Shown here: piece after piece, positions 37,601-51,378 of the stretch
How positions within the stretch are numbered: the stretch's first letter is position 1
Layout of the letters: each line of letters starts with the position of its first letter
Assembly: GCA_951406725.2 (NCBI GenBank)
Contig: OX597814.1
Location: 46,934,001-46,998,000 of the forward strand
Source: Octopus vulgaris
Taxonomy: Eukaryota
DNA length: 64,000 nucleotides
Direction of reading: 5' to 3'
Notes under the pieces: generated by a model
Database searches by the model: none
What the model was told of the DNA's origin: nothing
The model's input: the letters and a program-made list of their open reading frames with translations, nothing else
Program-made: the position numbers and the translations under genes

Positions 37601-38618
37601 ACACATTACAATGCCTAATTTCTCTCAGACGGAAAATGAAATCAAGACATAGGTCAGATAATGGAAGGCGTAAGAAAATTCATTCACGAAACAATAATAG
37701 AAATAAATACGTGTTGAATCGGAAAATGACAATCGTTCGGTCAGATATATATAATCAATGGAGACATGAAGAAGGGGATTGTAAAGGAGTGATATGAAAA
37801 AAAAAAAAACAAGAACATAAAAGCTTGAAAAGTAAACAAAACATTATTTAGAGAAAAGGCACTTAACTTGACGACTGTGTTTCATGGGTATAGTTCCACT
37901 GATCGTGAGAATCAAATATCGATTGCAATGGTTAGAACCGACAATTTTAAGTGCAGGTGTTAAGAAAATAAATGCTACATGTTTTAGCACACAACGTTGC
38001 TGTTGTGGCGGACGTCCCTAGGTGAGAAGTAGATTGGTCCACTACTAAAAAATAGTGGACAGACTCAGTAAGTAGTGTCAGTGAGCGAGGTATGCTGTTC
38101 GGACCAGTCATGCAGACGAAGAGTTATTTACCTTAACATAATGCGCATTAAAAAGCTTGTGGTAATTTCTTGCATTTGAGAAGTTTTGCCTAAACAGGGA
38201 TAAACATTTCTGGCTGTTTTCGTGAAACATTTTGAACAGAAGATTACACCAGGTTATATTTGTATTCTTAACCCTTTTGGGGAGTGAGGAATCCTTCCTG
38301 TACACTAATTTTGTTCTGATGTCACTCCTTGCTAACGCTTTGTTATAGCGGGGTGCAGCTCTTTTGGGGATATCTCTATCTAAAAATAGAGTGGAGATTC
38401 TTCTGTTGTTGCAGGAATAAATATTTGCCTGTGTTTAGATCTAATGCGATGTCCGAACAACTGTGAACTGTTAGACGTATTTTTTCCTTTGTCAGTGACC
38501 TTTCAATTAATGCAACTCTGGATCAAGCTGCTAGGACATATATTTAAACTTCACGAAGCGTTCAATCACACATACAAATGCATGCACACATATATCTATA
38601 TTAATTTCTATATCTGTC

Positions 38619-38679
<61 letters not shown>

Positions 38680-38749
38680 CTCACATCAACAGCGGAACAC
38701 CAAATTTCTTGCATACTCTACTTACAAAAGAATTTGACGGACTAACTAG

Positions 38750-39400
38750 CACTACGTGATATGGTAACAAAATAGCGTAATGTTCGTAGATGAGACACTT
38801 AGCGATAAAGCAAAAGCTTTAAGAAAATGTGCTGAGAAACTTATCTCGGTATTAAAGCTGTGGGGGAAAATACTCAATACCTGCAAGTACTACCTCTTTA
38901 ACAGGAATGACTATAGAAAGAAACTGTAAGATGTGCGACATAAACTCACTAATTCTAAACTAAGCAATATAGTTTATTACCTAAGGTGCCGAGAAGTTTC
39001 ATGAACAAACTCCCCTTGGACTTACATTGAAGCGACAGCTCGTAAGATAGGTGACAGTTTTGTCGAGTTGTACTGAAAAGAAACCTAGATAAACGTAAAA
39101 TTTCGAACAGTAGACCTTCCTGTGAGTATCATATCAACACACCATCATTATGCAGTATTTAAAAGGTTAACTTACATTGGTCTTGACACATTGCTAAAAT
39201 GGATCAAAGATTTCTGAAGCATTTTTATCACCGGGAGTTGGTGGGAGAGAGGTCAAACGTTCGAATGATATACGCAAGACCTTTTTGAAGCTTTCATTAA
39301 TGAACTTAAGGAGTGACTTGCTGTTGAGTGAACTATCTGGCGCAGTCACGTAATGAAAGCATCTGTGCAGGAGAGGAGTTGACCGCGCTGCACAAAAAAG
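38750..39400 (+). mobile_element. Ancient RTE-BovB-like C-terminal remnant
   Basis: LHWS*HIAKMDQRFLKHFYHREL, compare RTE LRW.GHV.RM...R.PK..LYGEL. Confidence 0.4.
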
Positions 39401-40286
39401 GGAAATGGGAAAACCTAGAGATATCGACAGAGTTCTGTCTTAGTTATCAATCATGATGATAAACGAACGCTTCTGTGTGTGATTGTGTATATGTGTGTGT
39501 GTTTGCGCGCGATCAAATATTAAATTAAACTGAATTATGCAGGAGTTGTTAGATGTAGGCCGATGTCTTATGAGTGAAATTTGATAGACAACATGGGTTA
39601 TGAGTAACTATGTTAGTCATTAAAAAAACCCACCGAAAATAAGTAACGTCAACGAGTTACGTAATTAAATTAAGAAAAGCATAACGAAATATACATAATA
39701 CCGGACATAACTTACACAGCTAATATAGCTTGCCTTGTGAATGATAAAAATAATGCAGAGTTGTATGTATATGATTAATTTACACGATCTTTATGCTTAT
39801 TCACAACCAGCGCCGTATTTTTACCCGTTATGAACGCTTGATTGTCAACTATTTAGTTAGGCTTATCATTTTCTAATCTTATGTTTTCATGATGTACTTT
39901 CAGTCACTGGTAGATAGAGATAAGCGGCTTCATCCTAATTCCATGATCCCAAGCACTATAGTTAAATCACGGACTCAACTTTTACAACGTGACAAAATGC
40001 TTGTATGTTAAAGGTATTAATATAATTCCACTTCAAATATACACATATTATTTCTATTTACCTACAGAAGCAGAAATACGTATTTTAAAAATGTCACCAG
40101 CGTTGCTGGACAATTTTTGTCTGCTACTGTGTCTTACACGTCTATAACACACATCTCGAAATGAATACCCAAGTTTGTCAAGTTTTCAACGATGTTTCTA
40201 CTTTATATATGTTACACAGATCGGCAGTTGAAGCTGCTAGTGTTTCTGCCGCTCATAATGTTTGTACGTACACACGCGCACACACA

Positions 40287-40335
<49 letters not shown>

Positions 40336-40362
40336 ATGCATTTATATATATATACATACATG

Positions 40363-40429
<67 letters not shown>

Positions 40430-40548
40430 CATATATATATGTTTATATATATATAGTGAGAATTTACAGAAACACAAAATAAAAGACGAAGACGGGTGTG
40501 TAAACAACAAACAGATGTATTAGTTTAACGCTCGGGAAATGAGAAAGT

Positions 40549-40584
40549 CTTTTACGTTTCGAGCTATCGCTCTTCGACAGAAAG
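40549..40584 (-). ncRNA. Ultra-minimal hammerhead-like motif (A6U)
   Basis: cuuu-CUGUCGA-a-gagc-gaua-gcuc-GAAA-CG-UA-aaag. Confidence 0.55.
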
Positions 40585-42513
40585 GAAATAGAAATAAACA
40601 GGGAGAGAAAAAAAAAAGGTTATGCACGCACACAGTCTCGCTCAAAAACTTTTTCCTGTGGTTTACTGATAGTCCTTTAGGATTTTGGAATGAGGATTAA
40701 AAACCGACTAATTTCGTCTTTCAGTTAGGGTTCGATAGATATCGCTTGTCTTTGCCTTCTGGTAACTAAAAGTAAGCTAAATGTGAGATTAAGTTATGAC
40801 AAATATAGCTAAGCATGAAATGTATATATATAATGTTAGAAAATTAACAAACAAGATTTCATAACCAAACTATCAATGTAGAACGGGTTAAGAATAAGCA
40901 TAGAGAATGAGTTCGAGGGTAAATATTTAATCTATGATATAGGTAGGTATAACACCATACGCAAGCGTGCGCACCACACACATAAACACACACAAACGTA
41001 TAAGCATCGAAGAATGGAGTAAGCAATATTCCTTTTAATACATTGTTTACAATTGTTTTATCAATTCACATTTTATCCTATCTTGCGTCGCTTTTTTTTT
41101 ACCACACGGGATATTATTGTACATTTTTTTTCTCAGAGTATTTTGAAACAGACTCCTCGGTACTTTGTAAAAAGCAATATGTTAGATTAATTCAGCAATC
41201 TCGCTGATAATTACTCTCATACCATTTTGAAGTGGGTAATTCCTACTAATCAAATTCACCCAAAGAAACTGAAGAGAGTAGATAAAAGGAATGAAGGCGG
41301 TTTAGCAGAATTTGACAAGATACTTAGTTCCGTTCTGGTTTGACTATTTGGTTTACAAGTACAAGTATGTATCCTGCTGTATTACCTCATATATGAGTGC
41401 TTATTACAAAAGCATTTGCACATTTTAAAAAAACAAACAAAAAAAACAACAAGCAAACGAAAAATAGAAGAAAAAAAAGTAACTTTAGACTCGATTCCGC
41501 TTTTTGTTCAAATTTTTTTTTACTTTTAGCCAGAATCCTGCCCCAAATTCTCGCAACTGAGTGGACTCCGCTAAAAGCACCCAAGGTGAAACGTGGTGAT
41601 ACTAAACTAAGCAAAGGGTTAAGTCAACCACTCAAGTAGGCCATGGCGAGAATTGAACTCAGAATACACAGAACAAATACCGCAAGGCATCTGGTCCGAC
41701 GTTCTTACAGTTCCTTCAATCCACCATCTTCGATTGGTGCTTTTTATCAACTCCAAAAGGATGAAAGGAAAAGTATATCTCAGCAGGATTTGAATTCGAA
41801 ATGCAGAGGGTGGGATCAAATATCGTGGGTTACTCTGGTCGCCGTTCTAACAACTTTGTCAATTCGCCGTGATAAAAAAAAATGTCTTCATTTACTACAC
41901 TAATGCTATTCGTAAATTCATACTTAAAACATAAATTACTGGAAAGAATTTGTCTAGTAGATGCTAAAGTATATTTAACCGAGTAAATAAGTTAGAATTG
42001 TTATCATGAACATTTGTCCCGCATGACCTTTTATTTATCAACAATATCGCTTTCCTAAAAGAAATCTAATTTCAATAAAGCTAAGATCAAGTATCCACCC
42101 AACACACAGACCATAAAAATTAGATTCCAGTGAAATTAACTCCAAATTTCTTGAAATTATCTTCCCTTTCCTCAACTGAATAATGTTTACGATAATTCAT
42201 CTTTTTAATGCTGGCAGAAAACTCAACGATTTCAGGATTTTTTTTTTTATCTATGTCACTCATTTGTACAGTTGCTGACATGAATAAACGGTTACTTTGT
42301 AACATACATACTTGTTCCTGGTTGTAATGAAATTTTGTGGTAGTGGTTTAAAGCTATTGGCATTTAAGAAAAAAAACCCCCAAAAAAAACAAAGAAAACC
42401 AGTGATGGATTGCATAATCAGACGAACTTAACATTATATTCTGATTTTTTCTTCTTTTTTCTTGTTTTGCATTTAGCTGTTATTGCCTGAATGACCTTTT
42501 TTTATTCTGTCTT

Positions 42514-42681
<168 letters not shown>

Positions 42682-44283
42682 ACCAGCTATATAATATAAT
42701 AAATATTGAATCATTCTTTACCGGCTAAAAGGTAACTGGTATTTTGTTCCCCTTTCTAATTCCTTTTCCTTAAAACCGATTCCGCTTTAGATGATGATAG
42801 TAAGTACAAATAAAGACTTTCTTCAATCTATATCTTATTCCGACGCACTAACGACGAGGCTTTTGATGTATAATTACAATATGATGGTGTACATAATGAG
42901 TTGCGTTTTGCAATGTCACTTTGAGTACGTAGTAAAAAGTAAAAAGTTGATGATTATCACCAGAAAGTAAATGAACATTCCAACCCTCGAAATGAAAAGC
43001 TAGTATTATACCCACTTACCACGGAACATTCAATACTCTACATGTCTTGGTATAAATATTGTATTATCGCTTCCCATATTTGCAATCTACTTCTCAAAAA
43101 TAAGCCATTTTGAAGAGGTCTATTTTTATTTTAAAACGAAACATATTCATTGATGAAATAGAAACGATTTCAGATCTTTGGTTCACATGTCATAAATTAG
43201 TATTTTGCTAGGTACGCAGAATTCGAAAAAAAGTGAAAGAATTATAATCCGAGAAAATTATATTCGTTATTAACAATAAGTCATCTCAGAAACTAAAAAA
43301 AATCGATACTCATGATTTATTTGTTGCATTTCACCTGACTGAAACGGAATCGATTATTTCGAGGTTAGCTGAGAATAAGTTCGAATTCAGCCAATCTTGA
43401 CTCGGAATTTGATTCATCAAAGTAATTACGTAGCCACAAGATATACTTTAAAAAGATGATCCACTTGTTCAAATGATCGGAATAAAAAAAAATACAAAAT
43501 TGTTAGCAAACAGAGAGTTCTATAATGGAAAGTGTCCTCAGACAAGGCACTTCTAAAATCTTACCACGAACTAATCAGATGGTTAAGAAACAAACGGTTA
43601 TCTTGACATTACGTGTTTTATGACATAATGCACCGCACTGGTCCTAAATTTTTCCCAGTGTAATAACATAATAGAATATTTTACAATCATAAATCGTTTG
43701 AATTTTAATCCTGGTTACTTTTTTAGATACTAAGTAAAATATATTTTAAATTTTAAAGAAAGTTCATGGAAGATTTCTATATGTCTGTAGTGCACTTTCA
43801 TTTTACCAAAAGTCTCACACAAAAAAAAAGAAAAAATTACTCATAAGCCTGATCTGATGTGCATATTATGAAACTAATAGGACTTTCATTTCACTGTAAA
43901 AATACACGAAAATCGACTCAACTGCCTTTCAAGTTCTACATATCACGTGATTATACCCAATCCCATCTTTAACAACAAATCGATAATCAATTGATTGTTG
44001 CACAATTTATTTTTGGTGCGTTTTTATTTGGAAGCTACAACTTACTGGGTGTTAACTAAACGGGTATAATTCGCTTATTGACAGTATCTTTCATTGTTGA
44101 TAATTATATCGCATATGACGTGACTATAATACTATCTTTTATCTAGTCGATAATCAACTAATCGAGTCGCAATTTGTTTTTGATGCGCCCTTCACTAGGA
44201 ACGCCATTTTCCTTCTGGAGTCAATTTGATGTTAATTAAATAGGCGCGGTCAACGAGGCACATCCAGCTTCTACAAATATGCA

Positions 44284-44620
44284 TCTATAATATAAATCCC
44301 GTTCTGTATGTGTGTGAGTGTGCGTGTGTGTGTAAAAGATTATAACGACCGCATTTTTCAACTGATTTTCTACAAACTGGGAACATATATTATGTTCCAG
44401 GGATGGTTTTAGACTCAATTTTTCACGTAATGAGTAACGGGCCCCCTGGGTGCAGAAAATACTCGTTCCTGAGTTACGTGGAGAAGGGAGGCAACTCTTT
44501 ACGAAGTAACTTTCAGAAATTGATTGTCTTCCTTACATCCATTGGTCATAGAAGAAAATGTTGTGTTGTGAATTTATGGAAAGAAATCCCACAAAACTCA
44601 ACAAATTTGATTGAAAAGGA
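44284..44620 (+). mobile_element. Probable Helitron-like 5' end
   Basis: A|TCTATAATATAAA followed by a (TG)-rich tract, as in H1; 3' end uncertain. Confidence 0.35.
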
Positions 44621-44954
44621 GAAGAGATGTTAAAATATACAAGAGAATTTTAATTCATGCAGACGATCGTTTCGTACAGCAATATAAAAATCATGCAAAT
44701 TCATGGTTGAATTGAACTAATTAAATTAATTAAGTTAAATTAAAATAAGCATATATCACTGTGCTCTTCAGTGCAAAAAGTATAAACAACGTTTTTGCAA
44801 AGGACTTGAGAAAGGAAAAAGCAGAATAGGATCTAGGAGATTCATATTTATCCTTATGAAAAAGAAAGATATATCTGAGTCCAGTTAAGTATTAACTAAA
44901 ACTAGTTAATATCTGATTGGATTCACACATATTTTCCTATATTTTCCTTTCTCA

Positions 44955-45017
<63 letters not shown>

Positions 45018-46026
45018 AAAAAAAATACCCACCCAGATATGTGTATCAGACGACCACAAGTTATATGTGGTCGTCGATGGCAGAAGACCACGTTGCTACA
45101 TATGCGGCAGTGAGCAACACCTCAAAAAAGACTGCAAATCTGCCGCAAGAAAACAACAGCAACAACAACAGCAGCCGGAAACAAAAACAAATAAACAAGG
45201 TTTACTACCCACACCACTTTTTGCAGGAACAAACCTCACCAAACAAACAACCACACCAACTGCAGCACCAAGAACAGAAGCAGCATCACCAACAACAACA
45301 ACCAAGAATATACCAACTCCCAAACCAAGGACATCTGCCAAAAAGACACCCAGCAAAAATGAAGAAACAATTACAACTCCAAATCCCCACAAAATTGAGA
45401 CCCTAAACAACACAACAATACCCACAATCACTCAAACACAAAATACCCAAACCCCACATCCAAAACCGCATACACCACAACCAAACGCTCACCAACCAAC
45501 ACCAACACAGTCGACAATAGACCCCAATACTTTCCCTCTTCCAGACTCCGATTCGTCTGATCTGTCATTAGACGAAGAAGACACAGAAGATTGGCAAATA
45601 GCCACAGGGGGGAGAAGAAAAAGGGGGAAAAAAAGAAAAGAAAAAATAACAAACAAAGCGGGAAGATACACCACTCCCGAAACAAAAACATCCACAGAAA
45701 ACACACACATCAACACAAACACACCATCATCAAACCCCCCAAAAATGTTGACAGCCATAAACACAAACAACCACGACCTAATGGAACACATTAGGTCAAA
45801 CACTAACATTACTGAAAACGACATAAAAACAAGTAACCACCCACACACAACACCACCACAACACATTAAAATAATACACGTGACACAGAACACATACAGC
45901 ACCCTGAAATCTCTTTACCCTGATGCAGTAGGGAGATTTCAAAAGTACTCATCGAAAAAACTGTATAAAAGCCTCATAGAAGAAGACCGTGAGGTGAAAG
46001 ACAAAGAACTTTCGAAAAACAAGTAA
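45018..46026 (+). CDS. Tx1 ORF1 (gag-like), N-terminally truncated
   Basis: CYICGSEQHLKKDC CCHC knuckle, Thr/Pro-rich linker, acidic patch then WQIATGGRRKRGKK; open to the stop at 46026. Confidence 0.8.
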
Positions 46027-46068
46027 CCTTTTCTCTCTCCTTTTCCTTTTTTGCACTTTTATCGGAAC

Positions 46069-49000
46069 ATGCTCAGAATAGGTAGTATAAATGTACGTGG
46101 CTTGGGGTCGCCTTGGAAACAAGGCTACCTGTTAAATGACATCAAGTCACTAAATCTGAATATCATAGCCATCAGTGAGACCAGACTCCACAGCTTGCGG
46201 GCACTCCAGCACATTTTCGGTACACATTTCAACATCTATTTTTCTCCGTGTCTACCGAGAATGGGCGGAGGTGGCACCGCGGTGCTTATCCGGAAGAGTC
46301 TGGATCTCAAAGTAAGAGCAAATTTCCTAGACCCGGAGGGTAGGCTGGTCGTTTTGGATGTCGATGGCAGCAATGAGTGTGCTTTTCGACTGATAGCAGT
46401 TTATGCTCCGTCCTTAACAGGCCGACCAGATTTCTTTCGACGTCTAGAGTCTTTCATGGGAACGTCTCGTCCTTTACTTTTAGTGGGGGATTGGAATGCC
46501 ACCCTGGACACGCATCTAGACTACGTGGGCAGAGATAGCAATAGAAGGGGATGCAAATGCCTCAAAGACCTGCTCAGACGTTTCCAACTGTCTGACAGGT
46601 ACCGACTGGACCACCCGAATGTGCCAATGTGGACATGGAGTAACCGCATCGGGTCGTCCAGATCATACTTAGATAGAGTATTCTGTAGGACAATAGATAA
46701 AAATAGTGTAGGTTGTCCACAATTTCATATAGTCAGTTACACAGATCACAAGTTTGTGACTTGTACACTTGACTTAGATAAGACACATAGGCAGGGTCCT
46801 GGTTACTGGAAACTGAACGCGTCTTTTACAGCACGACAGGTTTACAGGGACCGGATCAGCACATTAGTTAAGAGAGCTTTGACGGGTACCATCATCAACA
46901 ACAGATGGTGGTATGCCCTAAAAAAGCGATTAAAGCAGAATCAGTCAGATACAGTAGAGCCCTAGCATTAGACCGAAATAGAATAGAGGGAGAATTAGTT
47001 AAGGTTTTAGAAGAGGCACTTAGAACTGGCATCGCGTCCAACGTACTGGCGGCGAGATTGGCCCTCGACCAACACCTCAACGCCAAACACGAGGGACGCG
47101 TTTTCAGAGCTAGGATGCGTGCTCTGAGGAACGAAGGAGTTGGAGTCGCCCAAGAGGCCCGAGTGGTGGAGACGCAACGAGGCAACAGAGCCACCATCAA
47201 GTCTCTTATAGATGAACAGGGGCGCGAATTGCTCGAGCCTAAAAGGATGTGTGGGGTTTTTCAACAACACTTCACCCAACTGTTTGGGACAAGTGGTGAG
47301 TCAGAAAGCAGAGTGGACTTTAGTGCCTACCTGCATGCCTTGCCACGACTCTCAGCAAGGGAGGTGGAGTCTTGTGAAAAGCCTATCACAGCTGCGGACG
47401 TACAGGATGCGATGGTAGGCTGCGCGAGAGACAAGTCACCAGGCTTGGATGGTCTGCCCTACGAATTTTATTTTCATATGCCAGACTTGTTTGGAGGCGT
47501 CTTGGCAGCTGTCTACTGCAACTGGCAGCAGAACGGGAGTATTCCTGCTTTTGTAAAGCGAGGAGCAGTGGCACTGATCAAGAAAGACCCAAACAAGGGG
47601 GACGTCATAGATAATTTCAGGCCCATCACTCTGCTCAACGCAGATTTGAAAATTTTGGCCAAGGTGTTAGCCGAGAGGTTGGCGCTTGTCATCAAGAAAC
47701 TAATCGACAAGGCGCAAACATGCGCCGTGCCGGGTAGAAGTATTCATGACAACCTCCATCTGATGCGCTACATCATAGACAGGGTAGTTAAAAATCCTGG
47801 CATGGGTGGGGCGCTGATCAATTTGGATCAATCAAAAGCCTTCGATAGGGTAGACCATCACTACTTGGAGGCTGTCCTCAAAGCGGCTGGTTTCGGTCCA
47901 GTTTTCCGCGGTTGGATCGCTGCCTTATACAGCGGCATCCGCTCAGTAGTTCGCGTAAATGGTCATCTATCCAGACCTTTTAACATCATGCGTTCGGTTC
48001 GTCAGGGATGCCCCCTCTCATCGCTGCTGTATGTACTGACTCTTGAGCCACTACTGCGGAAACTGGCGACGCTTGAGGGGCATCCCACGAGAGCTGGGAT
48101 GCGGGAGGAGCGTGTCTGCATACGCGGATGACGTCACCGTCATAGTGTCGAGCTACGAGCACATCGAGCTGGTCGGCGAGACACTGAAAGAATACGAAGC
48201 GGTAACGGGAGCAAAAATTAACCGGGAAAAGTCAGTGGGCTTGCGGCTCGGCACTTGGAGAAGCAAGCCCATGCCGTCCAACAGCGTCTCCATCGTGGGA
48301 CGCTGGACGGACGGACCGGTTAAATTGCTCGGGGTCTGGTTCGGTCCGGACCTCCAAATGGAGAAGAACTGGGGCGAGATAACGACTAGGGTGGCTACTC
48401 TCACCCAGAAATGGACTGAGAGAAAGCTATCCCTAAAAGGTCGGGCGGAGGTGGCGAACGCGTACATCGCATCCGTCATCGAGTATCGTCTGACCGTCGT
48501 GCCTTGTCCCGACCCTACCATCACCAAACTGGAACGCATACTCTTCCGCTTCTTGTGGAAGGGAAACGTTCCGATGGTTAGGCGATCCATTTGCTGCCAA
48601 CACCCGCTAAAGGGAGGGCTGGGCATGCCGTGGTTGATGATGCGCAGACATGCGCTGAGACTGCGACATCTCCGGCGCTTCATAGACAACGGTGAACAGG
48701 GGTGGTCGCCTTTTGTGCGACGCGCTTTCCCGCAGCTCGTCTCCTTGGACGAACTACAGTCATGGATCAAGCAGAGACCGAGGCTAGGCGAATGGCACCG
48801 CGAGTGTCGCGTTGCTCTCAAGCAACTCTGCCGTCCGGGATCGAACTTGTGCGACTCCATCACAACAAAGGCATTCTATAGAGGATTAGTGGAGGGGAGG
48901 TGCGACGACGAACTCGGGCAGAGTCTGGGCGTCGACGAGGAACACCTGACCCGCCTGTTCAGGACAACTTTCGGGCCGGGACCTATGAACAATCACCAAA

Positions 49001-49506
49001 GATCCCTGGCCTGGCAGTGCTATCGAGAAGCATTACCTGTTCGGGATAAGCTCTACAGACACGGTTCCAGACACACTGGACCGACTTGCCCGAGATGCGG
49101 TCAGAGCGACGAAACCGTTCTGCACGCACTCGTGCAATGTCCAACCATTTCCGACCTGTGGGCTTATGCCGAACGGCTGCTGTCACGTGTGGGACGAATC
49201 CGCCTATCGGCCGAGTCTATCGTGAGAATTGCTCCGCCCTCTTCCCTCAACCGGGAAGGCAAGGCAGTTTTCATCGTACTGGTGGCCATGGTGAAAGAAT
49301 GTGTGTGGTGGACTCGAGCGAAAGGATTAGAGACAAACACTTACCTCTCTGGCCAATCGCTCATCAACTTTTTCAAGTACCACTTGAAAAGGAAGGTGAG
49401 AATGGAGAGGGAAGTTTTGTCTCGCGAAAGATTCAAAAAAAGATGGGTGAATGTTGCAAAGATGGTGCGTGCTAGTAACGAAACCATTTTGAGCATGATC
49501 CTGTAG
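46069..49506 (+). pseudogene. Tx1 ORF2 (APE endonuclease, reverse transcriptase, C-terminal zinc finger) with two frameshifts
   Basis: SINVRGL, AISET, VGDWNA, SYLDRVF, YTDH, GPGYWKLN; KSPGLDGLPYEFY, NFRPITLLNADLKILAK, LDQSKAFDRVDH, SVRQGCPLS, AYADD; CPRCGQSDETVLHALVQC. Frameshifts at ~46920 (A run) and ~48070; no internal stops seen. Confidence 0.93.
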
Positions 49507-49807
49507 ATCGTAAAAAAGAAAGAGAGCATTTTTGACCTCATGTGTTTATTTCCTCCCTGACTGGGGTTCCCGTGGTCTTTTCTGTAGGCTTTTCTTCCCA
49601 CGGATGAACCCAATCTTGTTATATCAATGTTTACACCATTATTTCTGTGATACACGATTTTCTTTTTTTTTCCTTTTTTTTTCCTCCTCTCGATCCCTTT
49701 TGATCGCAATCTTACATTTTTAAATTTTTTTCCACCCTCGAAAAGAAAAGCTCTGCATTTGTATTTGTCCCCTCTGTATTCAGCCCTGTGTGGCTAATAA
49801 AAGAAAG

Positions 49808-49894
<87 letters not shown>

Positions 49895-50830
49895 AGCGTT
49901 CTTCTTTGTTTGAGGTTATTACCCTTCTATTTCGACCATTTTCATTGTCAAAACCTGAACCGTCAGTGACCCAACAGGTGATAGGTGGCCTAGTATCAAA
50001 TATTCTTATTCACGAAGTTTTCCATAATGCACTTATTTTGCGTCATACATTTTTTCTTTTTTTACTTATAATGAACTCGTCTTAATTTCACACCACAAGT
50101 GAACATAACGAATGTTTTTGTCGTATTTTACAACTTGTACGCACAAAAAACGTTTGGTACTTTTTTACTTCCTTGTTTGTTACCCAAAGTCATATATTTT
50201 GTTGATTACATCTCAGTTCTGCAACATATTTTTATTTCGGCATGCCCTACTTTCTTTTAACATGCTTTTATATTAAAAGTTTGATTTCTAAGTACAGATT
50301 TTTTTTATGTGGGAAGATTATTTGTAATATTTACTAGTGACTATTTCTCGGACAAAATCAGATTTCACCGTAACCTACTGAAAACAGAGGTTGCTTAATT
50401 ATACCTACAGTGCCACGACTGAAAGTATATTTGAACTATTTTTGTTTTAGCTAGATATTATATATGACTAATGGAAGAAGAATAAATAATTCTACAATGT
50501 AAATTGCAGTGAGGAGCGAAGAGTGTGACGTTTTTGGGTTTTTGCCTTTCATCTGAGAAAAGGAAAAGATAGGGTAAGTAGTAATGTTATTCTGGTTGTA
50601 AGGAAATGAATACAGAAAAGAAAAACGTGATTTAGCTTTGGTTGAGAGGTAATGAGTAGTATTGTCACTTTGGCTGTGAGATTAAATAGTAATGAAGAGA
50701 GAGAAGGAAGTGATGTATCTTTGGTTGCAGGGTAAAATATAAACAAAAAGAGAGAAAGGGTGTTACTTTGATCGTAGACAAATTTATTGCTTACTTGCCT
50801 ACAACGAAACTGACAATAATTTCTTCTTTC

Positions 50831-51048
50831 AAGGCGGCGAGCTGGCAGAAACGTTAGCACGCCGGGCGAAATACTTAGAGGTATTTCATCTGTCTTTATG
50901 TTCTGAGTTCAAATTCCACCGAGGTTGACTTTGCCTTTCATCTTTTCGAGGTCGATAAATTAAATATCAGTTGCATACTAGGGTCGATCTAATCAACTGA
51001 TCCCTTCCCCCCAAATTTCGGGCCTTGTGCCTAGAGTAGAAAAGAATA
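50831..51048 (+). mobile_element. SINE family A, full length
   Basis: AAGGCGGCGAGCTGGCAGAAACGTTAGCACG...GAGTTCAAATTCC...GGTCGATAAATTAAAT; TTTCTTCTT on both sides (likely TSD). Confidence 0.85.
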
Positions 51049-51099
51049 TTTTCTTCTTCCTCTTCTTTATTCTCTTTACAACAAAAGGCTCGACATCGC

Positions 51100-51161
<62 letters not shown>

Positions 51162-51378
51162 ATTGAGAGCCAAAAAGCAAGGGCCTGATATTAAACCCTT
51201 CACTTTTCACTGAGATTGAACTTATCAAACTCTTCTACAAATTTTATGGATTAATTGTACTGACATACATCCTCAAAGGTTTCTTTCAACTTCGAATCTT
51301 AACCTATATCAGACTGTCAGCAATCATATACTAATACACATATAATATCAGTTTAATGAGCAGTTGCTCAAAACAGTG

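Larger units (their letters stand above)
45018..49809 (+). mobile_element. Tx1-clade (L1 group) non-LTR retrotransposon, 5'-truncated, inserted in (TATC)n
   Basis: ORF1 zinc knuckle plus ORF2 APE-RT-CCHC; T-rich 3' UTR with AATAAA at ~49796; (CTAT)n on both flanks (44957-45017, 49809-49893). Confidence 0.93.

Noticed and set aside
37079-38305. Short non-repetitive ORFs (37079-37261, 38108-38305) as host exons
   Set aside because: No recognisable domain or consistent splice-site pair; lengths are compatible with chance.
44917-45017. N-terminus of the 369-aa ORF (YLSI repeats)
   Set aside because: Read-through of the flanking (TATC)n; the true ORF1 start was lost by 5' truncation.
46915-46930. 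Programmed ribosomal frameshift in Tx1 ORF2
   Set aside because: Tx1 ORF2 is normally one frame; a single-base loss in an A run (mutation or sequencing error) is simpler.
48153-48863. 236-aa antisense ORF and other ORFs overlapping Tx1
   Set aside because: Shadow frames of a GC-richer coding region with no recognisable motifs.
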